Shown here: one piece after another, positions 8,907 through 18,153 of the stretch | Numbering within the stretch: the stretch's first letter is position 1 | Layout of the letters: every line of letters begins with the position of its first letter | Source of the DNA: Opitutaceae bacterium | GTDB lineage: Bacteria; Verrucomicrobiota; Verrucomicrobiia; Opitutales; Opitutaceae | DNA length: 38,174 bases | Reading direction: 5' to 3' | Assembly (NCBI GenBank): GCA_029979145.1 | Contig: JAPOIC010000001.1 | Location: 1-38,174 of the forward strand | Made by a program: the position numbers and the translations under genes | The notes under the pieces: generated by a model | What the model saw: only the letters and a program-made list of their open reading frames with translations | What the model was told of the DNA's origin: nothing | Database searches by the model: none

Positions 8907-9503
8907 TCATGCGCCGACCGGACGCGGCACCCGCACCCAGCGCATGCCTGCGGCCTCCGCCGCCTGAATGCCGAGTTCGGCATCCTCAAATACAAGGCAT
9001 TGGTTGGCTGTCACCCCCATGCGCTCCGCCGCCAGCAGGAAGGTATCGGGCGCCGGCTTGCCGTGAGTCACATCATCGGCCGCCACCACAACGGGAAACA
9101 TCGGCAGCAGTCCACGGCTCTCCAAGGTCTCGAGCACGACGTCTCGCGGACCGCCGGAAGCCACGCTCACGGGAAATCGCGTCGCGACTTCCCGCGCAAA
9201 CGCGACCACTGGCTCAATCAACGGCGCCGCCGGCAGCAAGGCCGTGAAGCGGCGCTCCTTCACTTCGCGCAACGCCACCGGCTCGAAGTCGGTCCCGTGA
9301 TGGCGGTTGAAAATGTCCGCCACCTGCACGGCCGGCACGCCACCGAGCGAGTAAAACAAGTCTTCGTCCAGATCATGCCCGAGACCAAATTCGCGGAGCG
9401 TGTCGCGCCACGCCGCATAGTGCAGCGGCATGGTGTTCACCAAGGTGCCGTCGAGGTCGAAAATGTAGCCGGAAAAGTCTCCGGCGGGAATGTCGAGTTG
9501 CAT
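8907..9503 (-). CDS. HAD-IA family phosphatase (YqaB/beta-PGM-like)
   Basis: FDLDGTLVNT, GKPAPD, VFEDAELGIQAA; start ATG 9503 (9515 possible). Confidence 0.9.
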   Translation of the reverse strand: MQLDIPAGDFSGYIFDLDGTLVNTMPLHYAAWRDTLREFGLGHDLDEDLFYSLGGVPAVQVADIFNRHHGTDFEPVALREVKERRFTALLPAAPLIEPVVAFAREVATRFPVSVASGGPRDVVLETLESRGLLPMFPVVVAADDVTHGKPAPDTFLLAAERMGVTANQCLVFEDAELGIQAAEAAGMRWVRVPRPVGA

Positions 9504-9566
9504 GAAATACGACATCCCACCGGAACGCGCTCCGGCTGGCAACCGCGTTTCGCGCGGCGCCGTCGC

Positions 9567-11033
9567 TCAATGCCCGGCGCGGGGATTCTTTTTCTCCATG
9601 CGGCGGAGCTCGGCCATCGAGCGCGTGCGCACGCGGGCCGCGCCCTGGTAATTCTTGGTCTTGATCCGCGGCTCCTTGGTCGCACGCGTCTTGGCCGCAC
9701 GCGTGGCCTTGCGGTATTGCGGCAACCACTCGGCGTGGGCGATGAGGAAGTCGTCGACCATTTGCCAAACCTCGGGCGGGTTGCAAACGGCGCCGACAAG
9801 CGGATCCATCAAAAAGGCCTGGCGCAGCAGCTGGTCGTCGCCGTGCACCGCCGCTTCGACGCCGAGCCGCTGCACCGAGATGCTCGCGTTGCACACTGCC
9901 GCGCAACCGAGCGGGAGATCGCCCACCGCCGGCGTGTTGAAGCCGTGCTTGTCGACGTAGCCCGGCGCCTCGACGATCGCGTCGGGCGGCAGGTTCATGA
10001 TGGTCGAGCGGTTCACGAGGTTGAAGTGGCCGCGATAAATCCGGCCCGTTTCCATGCCTTCGAGAATGTAGCTGCCGTGCTCATCGCTGCGCTTTTCCGG
10101 CGTGTAGCTCATCGGCTCCGGGCGCTTGCCGCGGCCGAACTCGGCACGGAACCAGTTGCGACCCTCGGTCACCACGCGCAGGTAGCCACCGGTCTCGCCG
10201 TTGATCCACGAACCCATGTCGATCCACTGTTTGATCTCGGCGGGCCGCTTGCGATACCACGGCACGTATTCGCTAAGATGGCCGTTGGACTCGGTGGAAT
10301 AGTAGCCAAACCGACGCAGCACATCAATGCGCACCTTTTCGGTGCGGGAATACTCCGGGTGCTTCTCAAACGCCTTGAGCAGGTCGCCCGTGCGGTCGCG
10401 GCCCTTGGCTTGAACTGAAACATACCACGTCTGGTGATTGATGCCGGCGCAGATGATGTCGACGTCCTTGCGGTCCAAGCCGAGCACCTGCGCGATCTGG
10501 TAATGACCGTGCTGCACGCCGTGACACAAGCCGACGCAACGCACGCCGCCATACTGGTTCGCCGCCCAGGTCAGCATCGCCATCGGGTTGGCGTAGTTGA
10601 GCAGCAGGCAATTCGGGGCGGCGACTTCGCGGATGTCCTTGCAGAAGTCGAGAATCGCCGCGATGCCGCGCTGCGCATACATGATGCCACCGGCGCAGAG
10701 CGTGTCGCCCACGCATTGGTCCACGCCGTATTTCAACGGGATCTCGATATCGTGCTTGAAGGCCTCCAGTCCGCCGATGCGAACGACGCAGAACACATAC
10801 TTCGCATCCTTCAGCGCCGCGCGCCGGTTGGTCGTGGCGGTGATCTTTGTCGCCAGGCCGTTGGCCTCGATGTCACGGCGGCAAAGCTCGGCGACCATGT
10901 TGAGGTTGCGGGCGTTGATGTCGGTGAAAGCAAACTCCACGCCGGCAAACTCCGGCACGGTGAGGAGGTCGGCGAGTAAACGGCGGGTAAAGCCGATTGA
11001 GCCGGCTCCGATAAAGGCAATTTTGAAAGACAT
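9567..11033 (-). CDS. melA: GH4 NAD+-dependent alpha-galactosidase
   Basis: KIAFIGAGS, DIEIPLKYGVDQCVGDT, NYANP, GLCHG, GINHQ, TESNGHLSEY. Confidence 0.88.
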   Translation of the reverse strand: MSFKIAFIGAGSIGFTRRLLADLLTVPEFAGVEFAFTDINARNLNMVAELCRRDIEANGLATKITATTNRRAALKDAKYVFCVVRIGGLEAFKHDIEIPLKYGVDQCVGDTLCAGGIMYAQRGIAAILDFCKDIREVAAPNCLLLNYANPMAMLTWAANQYGGVRCVGLCHGVQHGHYQIAQVLGLDRKDVDIICAGINHQTWYVSVQAKGRDRTGDLLKAFEKHPEYSRTEKVRIDVLRRFGYYSTESNGHLSEYVPWYRKRPAEIKQWIDMGSWINGETGGYLRVVTEGRNWFRAEFGRGKRPEPMSYTPEKRSDEHGSYILEGMETGRIYRGHFNLVNRSTIMNLPPDAIVEAPGYVDKHGFNTPAVGDLPLGCAAVCNASISVQRLGVEAAVHGDDQLLRQAFLMDPLVGAVCNPPEVWQMVDDFLIAHAEWLPQYRKATRAAKTRATKEPRIKTKNYQGAARVRTRSMAELRRMEKKNPRAGH

Positions 11034-11116
11034 GGGCGGGGTTATATTTTCGTGCGCATCATACGGGAGCCATTGTCGTCTTGCCATGGTCAGGTTGTGC
11101 TACTTCTTGTCTTTTT

Positions 11117-11977
11117 GTGCTCACCCCTGATCACCTCCCACCGCTCGGTGAACGCCATGTGTTTTTCACCGAGAAAACGGTGCCGCTGCGCGCGATGCTC
11201 GGCACCGTGGGACACGCCCGGGCCACCAGCACCGATTACAGCTGGCACGGGCAGAAACGCGGACGCGCGGAGTTTTCACTGATGCAATACACGCTGGCGG
11301 GCCGGGGGCGACTGCGCGTCGGCGCCGTGGAGCGCGACGTGCTGCCCGGACAGGCGATGCTGCTGCATTTTCCGGACGACAATCACTACTGGCTGCCGGC
11401 CGACTCGAGCGAGTGGCGCTTCATCTTCGTGTGTTTGCACGGCCGCGAACTCTCACGGCTGTGGCGCATCATCGAGACGCGGCTCGGCTCCTGGGCCACG
11501 CTCGCGCCGGATTCACCGGCGGTGGACGTCGCAGTTCGCATGATCAGCGCGGCCCTGCGCGGCGAAATCGACAGCGCTTTCAAGGCTTCCGCCTTCGCCT
11601 ACGAGCAAGTCATGGCGCTGTCCGCGGAAGCGCGCACGCCACGCCCGGCCGGCAACGTCAACAATGCGATCGAACGCGCTTGTCTCTACGCCGAGCAAAA
11701 CGTGCATCGACCCCTCACGGTTGATGCGCTCGCCAACCAAGCCGGACTTTCGCGGTTCCACTTCACACGGCTGTTCGCCGCCCAACACGGGTTGCCCCCG
11801 GCGGCGTGGTTGGTGGAACAACGCGTGCGGGAGGCCGCGCGGTTGCTGCGCGGGACGCGGCTGCCGCTCAAGGACATCGCGGCGCGATGCGGATTTCCCA
11901 ACGAAAACTACCTGTGCCGGGTTTTTCGCCGGCACAGCGGCATGCCGCCCGGCAGCTATCGCCGGAGCGGCGCGTAG
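11117..11977 (+). CDS. AraC family transcriptional regulator, divergent from melA
   Basis: N-terminal cupin and C-terminal double HTH (LSRFHFTRLF, IAARCGF..ENYLCRVFRRHSGMPPGSYR); start uncertain (GTG 11117). Confidence 0.92.
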   Translation: MLTPDHLPPLGERHVFFTEKTVPLRAMLGTVGHARATSTDYSWHGQKRGRAEFSLMQYTLAGRGRLRVGAVERDVLPGQAMLLHFPDDNHYWLPADSSEWRFIFVCLHGRELSRLWRIIETRLGSWATLAPDSPAVDVAVRMISAALRGEIDSAFKASAFAYEQVMALSAEARTPRPAGNVNNAIERACLYAEQNVHRPLTVDALANQAGLSRFHFTRLFAAQHGLPPAAWLVEQRVREAARLLRGTRLPLKDIAARCGFPNENYLCRVFRRHSGMPPGSYRRSGA

Positions 11978-11981
11978 CGGC

Positions 11982-13520
11982 TCAGCGGCGCATGCCGCGA
12001 TGCAGGCGTGAGGCCGGCTTCACCGGCGCGGTCTGCGCATTTTCGTCAAACAGCGCGGAGTAGATGTAGGGGAAGCCGTCGATTTTCTTTCGCTTCACGC
12101 CAACGCCCATGTAGCGCTCGATGCTGCGCGCGTCGCGGACGTCGTCCTCGGTCACGAGGGTGAAGGCGTCGCCGGTGTTCTGCGCGCGGCCGGTTCGACC
12201 AATGCGGTGGACGTAGTCCTCGGCGTTTTCCGGCACATCGTAATTCACCACGTGCGAGACACCGGCGATGTCGAGGCCGCGGGCCGCGATGTCGGTGGCG
12301 ACGAGTAGCTCGAACTTGCCGGTCTTGAAACCTTCCAGGGCTTCGACACGCTCACGCTGGCTGCGGTCGGAGTGCAGCACGCCCACCGAGTGGCCTGAGC
12401 TGCGAAGGCGCGAGGCGATGCGGTCGGCGCCCATGCGGGTACGCGTAAACACGATGACACTCTTGAACTCCGTCTGCTCGAGGAGGAGCTGGAGCAGCTC
12501 AAACTTCTGCGAGGCCACGACGGGATAAAACGCATGCGCCACGGTTTCCGCGGGCGAACGCTGGCGGCCGATCTCCACGCGCACCGGATCGCGCAGCGCC
12601 CAGCTGGCGAGCGAAGCGATCTCGGGCGGCAGGGTCGCCGTGAAGAACAGGGTCTGGCGCGCCGACGGCGTCTGCTGCACGATGCGCTTCACGTCCGGGA
12701 GGAAGCCCATGTCGAGCATGCGGTCGACTTCATCGAGCACGAGGATGTCGACGTCGCGCAGGGAGCAGTTGCCTTGTTCCAAATGGTCCAGCAGGCGACC
12801 CGGAGTGGCGGCGAGAATGTCGACGCCGCGCTTGAGATCCTCGAGCTGTTTGCCGTAGCCGACGCCGCCGTAGACGATCGTCACGCTGAGGTCGGTGAAC
12901 TTGGCGTATTTCTGAAACGCTTCCTCGACCTGCAGGGCGAGCTCGCGGGTCGGCTCGAGCACGAGGCAGCGGAGCGGACCGTGGCCGCCGAGGCGCTGGA
13001 TGATCGGCAGGGCAAACGCCGCGGTCTTGCCGGTGCCGGTCTGGGCGGAACCGATGAGGTCCTTGCCCTCCAAAATCACCGGAATCGACTGCGCCTGGAT
13101 CGGTGTGGGCTCGACGTAGCCCATTTCCTGCACAGCAAAGGCGAGCGCGTCGGACAGGCCGAGCTTGGAGAACGGCGTGTCCATCTTCGGCACGTCGACC
13201 GGCACGGCCGGCTTGATCGGCTCACGGCGCGGGTGCTCGAAATCGGAGTCCCGGCGGGCCGGACGGTCGTCGTCACGGCGGCGGGAGCCACCACGGCCAC
13301 GGCGGCCGCCGGAGCGCCCTTCCGAACGGCCTTCGGAGCGATTGGAGTGACCTTCGCCACGGTCAGGACGATCACCGCCGGACTTGCGGCGGTCCTCGCG
13401 GGCCGGACGGTCACGGCGCGAGTTTTGGGCGGCGGGCTTGGAGTCGGACTGCGGAGAGGATTTCGCTGCGGGCTTGGGAGCCGCGGTGCCGCGGAGTTTC
13501 GCGATGAGCTTCTTGAACAT
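11982..13520 (-). CDS. DEAD-box RNA helicase (RhlE/RhlB-like) with disordered Arg/Gly-rich N-terminus
   Basis: Q motif, AQTGTGKT, PTRELA, TPGRL, DEVD, ARGLD, HRIGRTGR; start ATG 13520. Confidence 0.95.
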   Translation of the reverse strand: MFKKLIAKLRGTAAPKPAAKSSPQSDSKPAAQNSRRDRPAREDRRKSGGDRPDRGEGHSNRSEGRSEGRSGGRRGRGGSRRRDDDRPARRDSDFEHPRREPIKPAVPVDVPKMDTPFSKLGLSDALAFAVQEMGYVEPTPIQAQSIPVILEGKDLIGSAQTGTGKTAAFALPIIQRLGGHGPLRCLVLEPTRELALQVEEAFQKYAKFTDLSVTIVYGGVGYGKQLEDLKRGVDILAATPGRLLDHLEQGNCSLRDVDILVLDEVDRMLDMGFLPDVKRIVQQTPSARQTLFFTATLPPEIASLASWALRDPVRVEIGRQRSPAETVAHAFYPVVASQKFELLQLLLEQTEFKSVIVFTRTRMGADRIASRLRSSGHSVGVLHSDRSQRERVEALEGFKTGKFELLVATDIAARGLDIAGVSHVVNYDVPENAEDYVHRIGRTGRAQNTGDAFTLVTEDDVRDARSIERYMGVGVKRKKIDGFPYIYSALFDENAQTAPVKPASRLHRGMRR

Positions 13521-13707
13521 GATGAAACCGGTCAGGGTCGCGGATTTCCCCGGCATTGCAACTCCGTATCCGAAACAGGCGCCCCGGTGTGGGGCGCCCG
13601 TTCGTCAATCCGTCAAAGGTTGGATTTAATCTTGTCCAGAATGGCCATCGAGACGGTCTCGTCGCCGGGGTTGCAGTTTCGCCGGCCCTGCGCTCAGTTC
13701 GGCACCT

Positions 13708-14664
13708 GTGACGCCCTCTGCCCCCGCCAAGTCTTCCGCCGGCCTTGCCCTCGGCACCATCTACTTGGTCTGGGGCAGCACCTACCTGGCGATCAAGGTT
13801 GCGGTGGAAACCATGCCGCCGTTCGCGATGGCCGCCCTCCGCTTCCTGATCGCGGGCGCTTTCTTGTTTGTTTTTCTGCGCTGGCGGGGCGCCGCGTGGC
13901 CCACCCGCCGCCAACTGATCGACAACACCATCATCGGCACCCTCCTGCTGCTGGGCGGCAACGGACTCGTGGCTTGGGCCGAACAGGTTATTCCTTCCGG
14001 AATTACCGCCCTGCTCATCGGCATCGGGCCGTTGTTCATCGTGCTCACCGAATGGGCCTGGCCCGGAGGCCAGCGTCCCACCACCATGATCATCACCGCC
14101 TTGCTGCTCGGTCTGGCGGGCGTCGCTTGGCTGGCGGCACCGTGGGAATCATCCGTGGAAACCGGCCTGCCGTTCTACGGCGTCGCCACCATCCTGTTTT
14201 CCTGCGTGTGCTGGTCCGTCGGCTCGATTTACTCACGCCACGCCAAGAGCAGCCCGGATCCTTTCCAGGCCGCGGCCCTCCAAATGCTGGGTGGCGGGCT
14301 GGCGCTGACGCTCACCGCCTTCGCCACTGGCGATGTCGCGCGTTTCGATTTCGCATCCGTGTCCGACCGCTCATGGACCGCGTTTGTCTACCTTATCGTA
14401 GTCGGCTCGCTCGTGGGCTTTTCGACGTTCGTGTGGCTTATGAAAAACGTCCCGCCGGCGCTGGCGGCGACCTTCGCTTACGTAAACCCAATCGTCGCGG
14501 TCTTCCTCGGCTGGTGGCTGCTCGACGAACCCGTGACCGCGCGCACCTTCGGCGCTGCGAGCGTGATCATCACTTCGGTCATCATCATCACCGTGCAGCG
14601 CAATCGGCGCACGCTGACCGTGCCGCCCCGCCAAGCTGTGGCCGCGGTCGAAACCGACAACTGA
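13708..14664 (+). CDS. EamA/DMT family transporter (YedA-like)
   Basis: YLVWGSTYLAIK, GGNGLV, AYVNPIVAVFLGW; about 10 TM segments. Confidence 0.9.
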   Translation: MTPSAPAKSSAGLALGTIYLVWGSTYLAIKVAVETMPPFAMAALRFLIAGAFLFVFLRWRGAAWPTRRQLIDNTIIGTLLLLGGNGLVAWAEQVIPSGITALLIGIGPLFIVLTEWAWPGGQRPTTMIITALLLGLAGVAWLAAPWESSVETGLPFYGVATILFSCVCWSVGSIYSRHAKSSPDPFQAAALQMLGGGLALTLTAFATGDVARFDFASVSDRSWTAFVYLIVVGSLVGFSTFVWLMKNVPPALAATFAYVNPIVAVFLGWWLLDEPVTARTFGAASVIITSVIIITVQRNRRTLTVPPRQAVAAVETDN

Positions 14665-14670
14665 GCTGGC

Positions 14671-15438
14671 TCAGGCGGTCTCGGCCAGCAGCGCCTTGAG
14701 CGTGGCTGCGTCGCGCAGGAAATTCTTCGGTGCCTCGTCGCGCACAAACTCCAGCATTGCCCCGCGATCACCGGGCGCCCGGCGGGCGGCGGCCAAGAAT
14801 TTCCGCCAGCGCTCCGCGCCTTCCGCCAACGGCCGGCGGTCCTGCGGGGTGTTCCAGTGAAACACATGCAGGTGAGAAAGCTTGGGCGCGAGTTGGTCCA
14901 GGGCCTCCAGGCAGGTTTCGTCCGACATGCCGGTCAACGGCTGCCAGTAGGTGAAGAGATTGGGATGCTCGGCCTCGAGCATCAGCTGGTTGGTGGACGC
15001 GTTGGTGTCCGTCAGCGTGCCGCCGTGAAATTCCGTGGCCACGCGCACGCCCGCCTTGGCGGCGAGGTCGGCGATGCGCCGCAAATCGGTCACCACCCGC
15101 CAGCGTGCGTCCTCGCCAATGGCCTCGGAGCCGGCAGTGCCGGCCCAGACGCGAATCACGGGGGCGCCCAGCTCGATCGCCGTTTCCAACACACGCCCGA
15201 AGGGCAGGCCGTTGTCCTCGCTGTTGGCGACGCGGTAATAGCTGCCGTAGGCCGAAACCCCGAGACCGGCTTCGTGGGTTAGCTCGCGCACCTCCCGCGC
15301 CCTCGGCAGTTCGCCGTGGGGAACGTGGATATCGCCGCCCCACTCGATGCCCGCCAAGCCGGCTTCACGCACCAAGGCGACAATGTCCGTTGGCGACAGC
15401 TTGCGAAACGTAACCGAGACCAATCCCGCATGAATCAT
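14671..15438 (-). CDS. Sugar-phosphate isomerase/epimerase (AP endonuclease 2 TIM barrel)
   Basis: GLVSVTFR, GIEWGGDIHVP, IRVWAG, EFHGGTLTD, HLHVFHW; start ATG 15438. Confidence 0.85.
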   Translation of the reverse strand: MIHAGLVSVTFRKLSPTDIVALVREAGLAGIEWGGDIHVPHGELPRAREVRELTHEAGLGVSAYGSYYRVANSEDNGLPFGRVLETAIELGAPVIRVWAGTAGSEAIGEDARWRVVTDLRRIADLAAKAGVRVATEFHGGTLTDTNASTNQLMLEAEHPNLFTYWQPLTGMSDETCLEALDQLAPKLSHLHVFHWNTPQDRRPLAEGAERWRKFLAAARRAPGDRGAMLEFVRDEAPKNFLRDAATLKALLAETA

Positions 15439-15534
15439 GCGGTCATCGTGACGGACCGCTCCCGGGAACGCCAAGCCGGTTTTGCGGGTCGCTGCGAATT
15501 TGCCAAACGTCTGGCCGCCGTCATGTTGTTTCCC

Positions 15535-15981
15535 ATGCACCTCCCCCGCCTGCTTTTCGCCGCCGTCGCCCTCGCGCTCGCCGGCTGCAGCACGTTCGAG
15601 AAACGCGTCGCGCAAAAGTCCGCGGTGTTTGATGCCCTCGACGCCCCCACGCAGGCCAAGCTCAAGGAAGGCGTGGTCGAGATCGGCTACACGCCCGACA
15701 TGGTCTACATCGCGCTGGGCAGCCCCGACCGCCGCACGGAGGAAGTCACCGCCAAAGGCCGCAAGGAAACCTGGATTTATAATTCCTATTACTCCGAATA
15801 CCGCGGGACGGAGCATGTCGGTTACCGGCGCATGGTGGAGTTCGACCCCATCACCAAAAAATACTTCATCTACTATGAGCCGATGCGGGTCGAAGTTTAC
15901 CGGGACCGGATCGACGAGCGGATCCGCATCACCTTCGTCGAGGGCAAGGTGTCCGTAATCGAGCAGGCCAAGGACAACTGA
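15535..15981 (+). CDS. Lipoprotein of unknown function (SmpA/BamE-like motif)
   Basis: Lipobox LAGC; IGYTPDMVYIALGSPD and ETWIY. Confidence 0.8.
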   Translation: MHLPRLLFAAVALALAGCSTFEKRVAQKSAVFDALDAPTQAKLKEGVVEIGYTPDMVYIALGSPDRRTEEVTAKGRKETWIYNSYYSEYRGTEHVGYRRMVEFDPITKKYFIYYEPMRVEVYRDRIDERIRITFVEGKVSVIEQAKDN

Positions 15982-16045
15982 TTTCTCCTCCGGCATCCGC
16001 CGGATTGCAGTGGAGTCCACCCGGCCCGTTGTGTCATAAACGGGC

Positions 16046-17800
16046 ATGAAGCACCCCTCCCGTCGCGTCCTCTCCCCCCGACGCAAAACCACCCGCGCCT
16101 CCACCCCCGCCGCCCTCGCCGCTGAGCAGGTGGCGCACTTTCATCTGCCGCCGGATTCGGAAATCGGCATCGCCATGCAACGTCTCGCCGCGCGCCTTTA
16201 TGCCGCGCACGACGACGTCGAGACGCTGTGGCGGTTGACGCTGCGCGAGCTGGCCACGCTCCCGGGCCACGACCGCGTCGCCCTGTTCAACGCCAAGAAG
16301 TTCCTCGCCTTCCAGTTGGCGAAGCTCCTCGACACGTTGCAGAACCCGACCCGCAAGGTCTACCAGAGTCTCGGCCACTCCACCGCGACCACTTTGGCCA
16401 AGGGGCCCTACCCGACCTTCGACAACGTTGCCGCGCTGTTCTCCGCGAATCCCGTCATAACGCGCACGGCCACCTACATCTTCGCGTGCTCGGAGTGGAT
16501 CGACGACGCGTTCCAAGGCCGGGAGTTTCTCCACGAGATCTATTCGCGGTTGCTGAACCCCACGTCGATCGCGCTCGCGAACCACATTGTCGATGTCGAG
16601 GCCGGCGACCAAGCCGGTGACTACCTCGCGTGGAATTTCAACAGCGGCATGGCCGCAATCGACGGCGTGCTCTCTCACCTCATCGGCCACGAGGACGTAA
16701 TTCTCGCTTCGCGCAACGTCTACGGCGGCACCTACCAGCTCCTGCACGACTGGTTCGCCCGCCGCGCCAACCTGCACGTCGGCGTGGAATTCTTCGACGG
16801 CACGACCGAAGCCGACTTCGCCGACGCGCTCGCCGCGGCGCAAACCAAGCACGCCCGCCGTCTGGCGCGCGGCCGCCGAGTCTACGTTTACCTCGAGAGC
16901 CCGTGCAATCCCCACGGCTGGTTCCTCGACGTGCCCGCGATCTGCCGTGCCGCCCACGCCGCCGGGCTCACCGTCATTCTCGATGCCACTGTTGGCACGC
17001 CGTTTCTCGTGCGGCCGTTGCAACGCCCCGAACCCGCGGAGCGTCCGGACTTCGTCATCCACAGTTACACCAAGGACCTCACCGGCGACGGCAACACGAC
17101 CGCCGGCGTGGTCATCGGCCGCAATGCCGACATGTTCACGCCCAAGGGCGATCCCGGCTGGGAGACGACGCTCTTTTGGAACGTCTATTACATCAAGGGC
17201 GCGTTCCTTGAGGCCGACAAAGCGTTCGAAGTGCTCAGCGGCATGAAGACGCTCGAGGTGCGCATGCTGCAGAAGTGCATCAACACCGTGATCCTCGCGC
17301 GCTGGCTCAATGCGCATCCCCAGATCAACGTCCATTGCCCCGCGCTACCCGAAGCCGAGAATCACGCGTTGTGCCGGCGTCTCAGCCACCTCGGCCTGCC
17401 GGCGCCACTCTTCACGATCGATTTCGAATCCGCCGGGCTCGACCGTGCGGTTTTCCAACGCTTTTTCGACTCCTTGTCGCCGATGTTCGGCCACATGGTG
17501 TCGCTTGGTCAGAACAACACTGTCGTGCTTTGTCCGGCGCTCACGTCGCACAGCGAGCTGAGTGCCGACGCGCTCCGGGCCGCGGGCATCAGCCCCACCA
17601 CCATTCGCATTGCGGTGGGCGACGAGAATCCGCGCGAGTTGATCGCAGGCTTTCGCCAGACCGCCCGTCTCGCCTTTCCGGCGGAGTTTGCCGCCGGATT
17701 CATGGACGATGAATCCGCCGATGCGCTCGTCGACGAAACCTACACCGCCGTGCACGCGGCCCACGTGCGCGCGCAGCCCCGGTTGCGCCCGGCCGGGTGA
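16046..17800 (+). CDS. Cys/Met metabolism PLP-dependent enzyme (trans-sulfuration family), unusually long
   Basis: YSRLLNPT, FNSGMAAI, YGGT, ESPCNP, LDAT, HSYTK (PLP lysine), VSLG, IRIAVG. Confidence 0.85.
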   Translation: MKHPSRRVLSPRRKTTRASTPAALAAEQVAHFHLPPDSEIGIAMQRLAARLYAAHDDVETLWRLTLRELATLPGHDRVALFNAKKFLAFQLAKLLDTLQNPTRKVYQSLGHSTATTLAKGPYPTFDNVAALFSANPVITRTATYIFACSEWIDDAFQGREFLHEIYSRLLNPTSIALANHIVDVEAGDQAGDYLAWNFNSGMAAIDGVLSHLIGHEDVILASRNVYGGTYQLLHDWFARRANLHVGVEFFDGTTEADFADALAAAQTKHARRLARGRRVYVYLESPCNPHGWFLDVPAICRAAHAAGLTVILDATVGTPFLVRPLQRPEPAERPDFVIHSYTKDLTGDGNTTAGVVIGRNADMFTPKGDPGWETTLFWNVYYIKGAFLEADKAFEVLSGMKTLEVRMLQKCINTVILARWLNAHPQINVHCPALPEAENHALCRRLSHLGLPAPLFTIDFESAGLDRAVFQRFFDSLSPMFGHMVSLGQNNTVVLCPALTSHSELSADALRAAGISPTTIRIAVGDENPRELIAGFRQTARLAFPAEFAAGFMDDESADALVDETYTAVHAAHVRAQPRLRPAG

Positions 17801-17850
17801 TGACCCACTCGGCGGTTGACCCGCTACCGGCGCCGGCCATTGCTTGACCC

Positions 17851-18111
17851 ATGGCTACCCCTGAAAACCGCCGGGCGCACTGGCGGGCCAACCTCCGGCT
17901 GATTGTCGGCCTCATGTGCGTGTGGGCATTCGTTTCATTCGGCTGTTCGATCTTCTTTGTGGATCAGCTCGACCACATCCGGATCGGCGGCTTCAAGCTC
18001 GGGTTTTGGATGGCGCAGCAAGGTTCGATCTACGTCTTCGTCGCCCTAATCTTCATCTACGCCCGCGCGATGAAACACATCGATCGTAAATACCACGTGC
18101 ACGAGGACTAA
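17851..18111 (+). CDS. DUF4212 small membrane subunit of solute symporter
   Basis: WRANLRL, GGFKLGFWMAQQGSIYVFV; directly upstream of an SSS gene. Confidence 0.9.
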   Translation: MATPENRRAHWRANLRLIVGLMCVWAFVSFGCSIFFVDQLDHIRIGGFKLGFWMAQQGSIYVFVALIFIYARAMKHIDRKYHVHED

Positions 18112-18153
18112 GCCTCGGACCGCGCCTTTCCACCCCACCCCTTTGCCCCAACC

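Noticed and set aside
15439-16104. Apparent 477-aa fusion ORF
   Set aside because: The upstream part is antisense to the lipoprotein gene; the TIM-barrel protein starts at 15438
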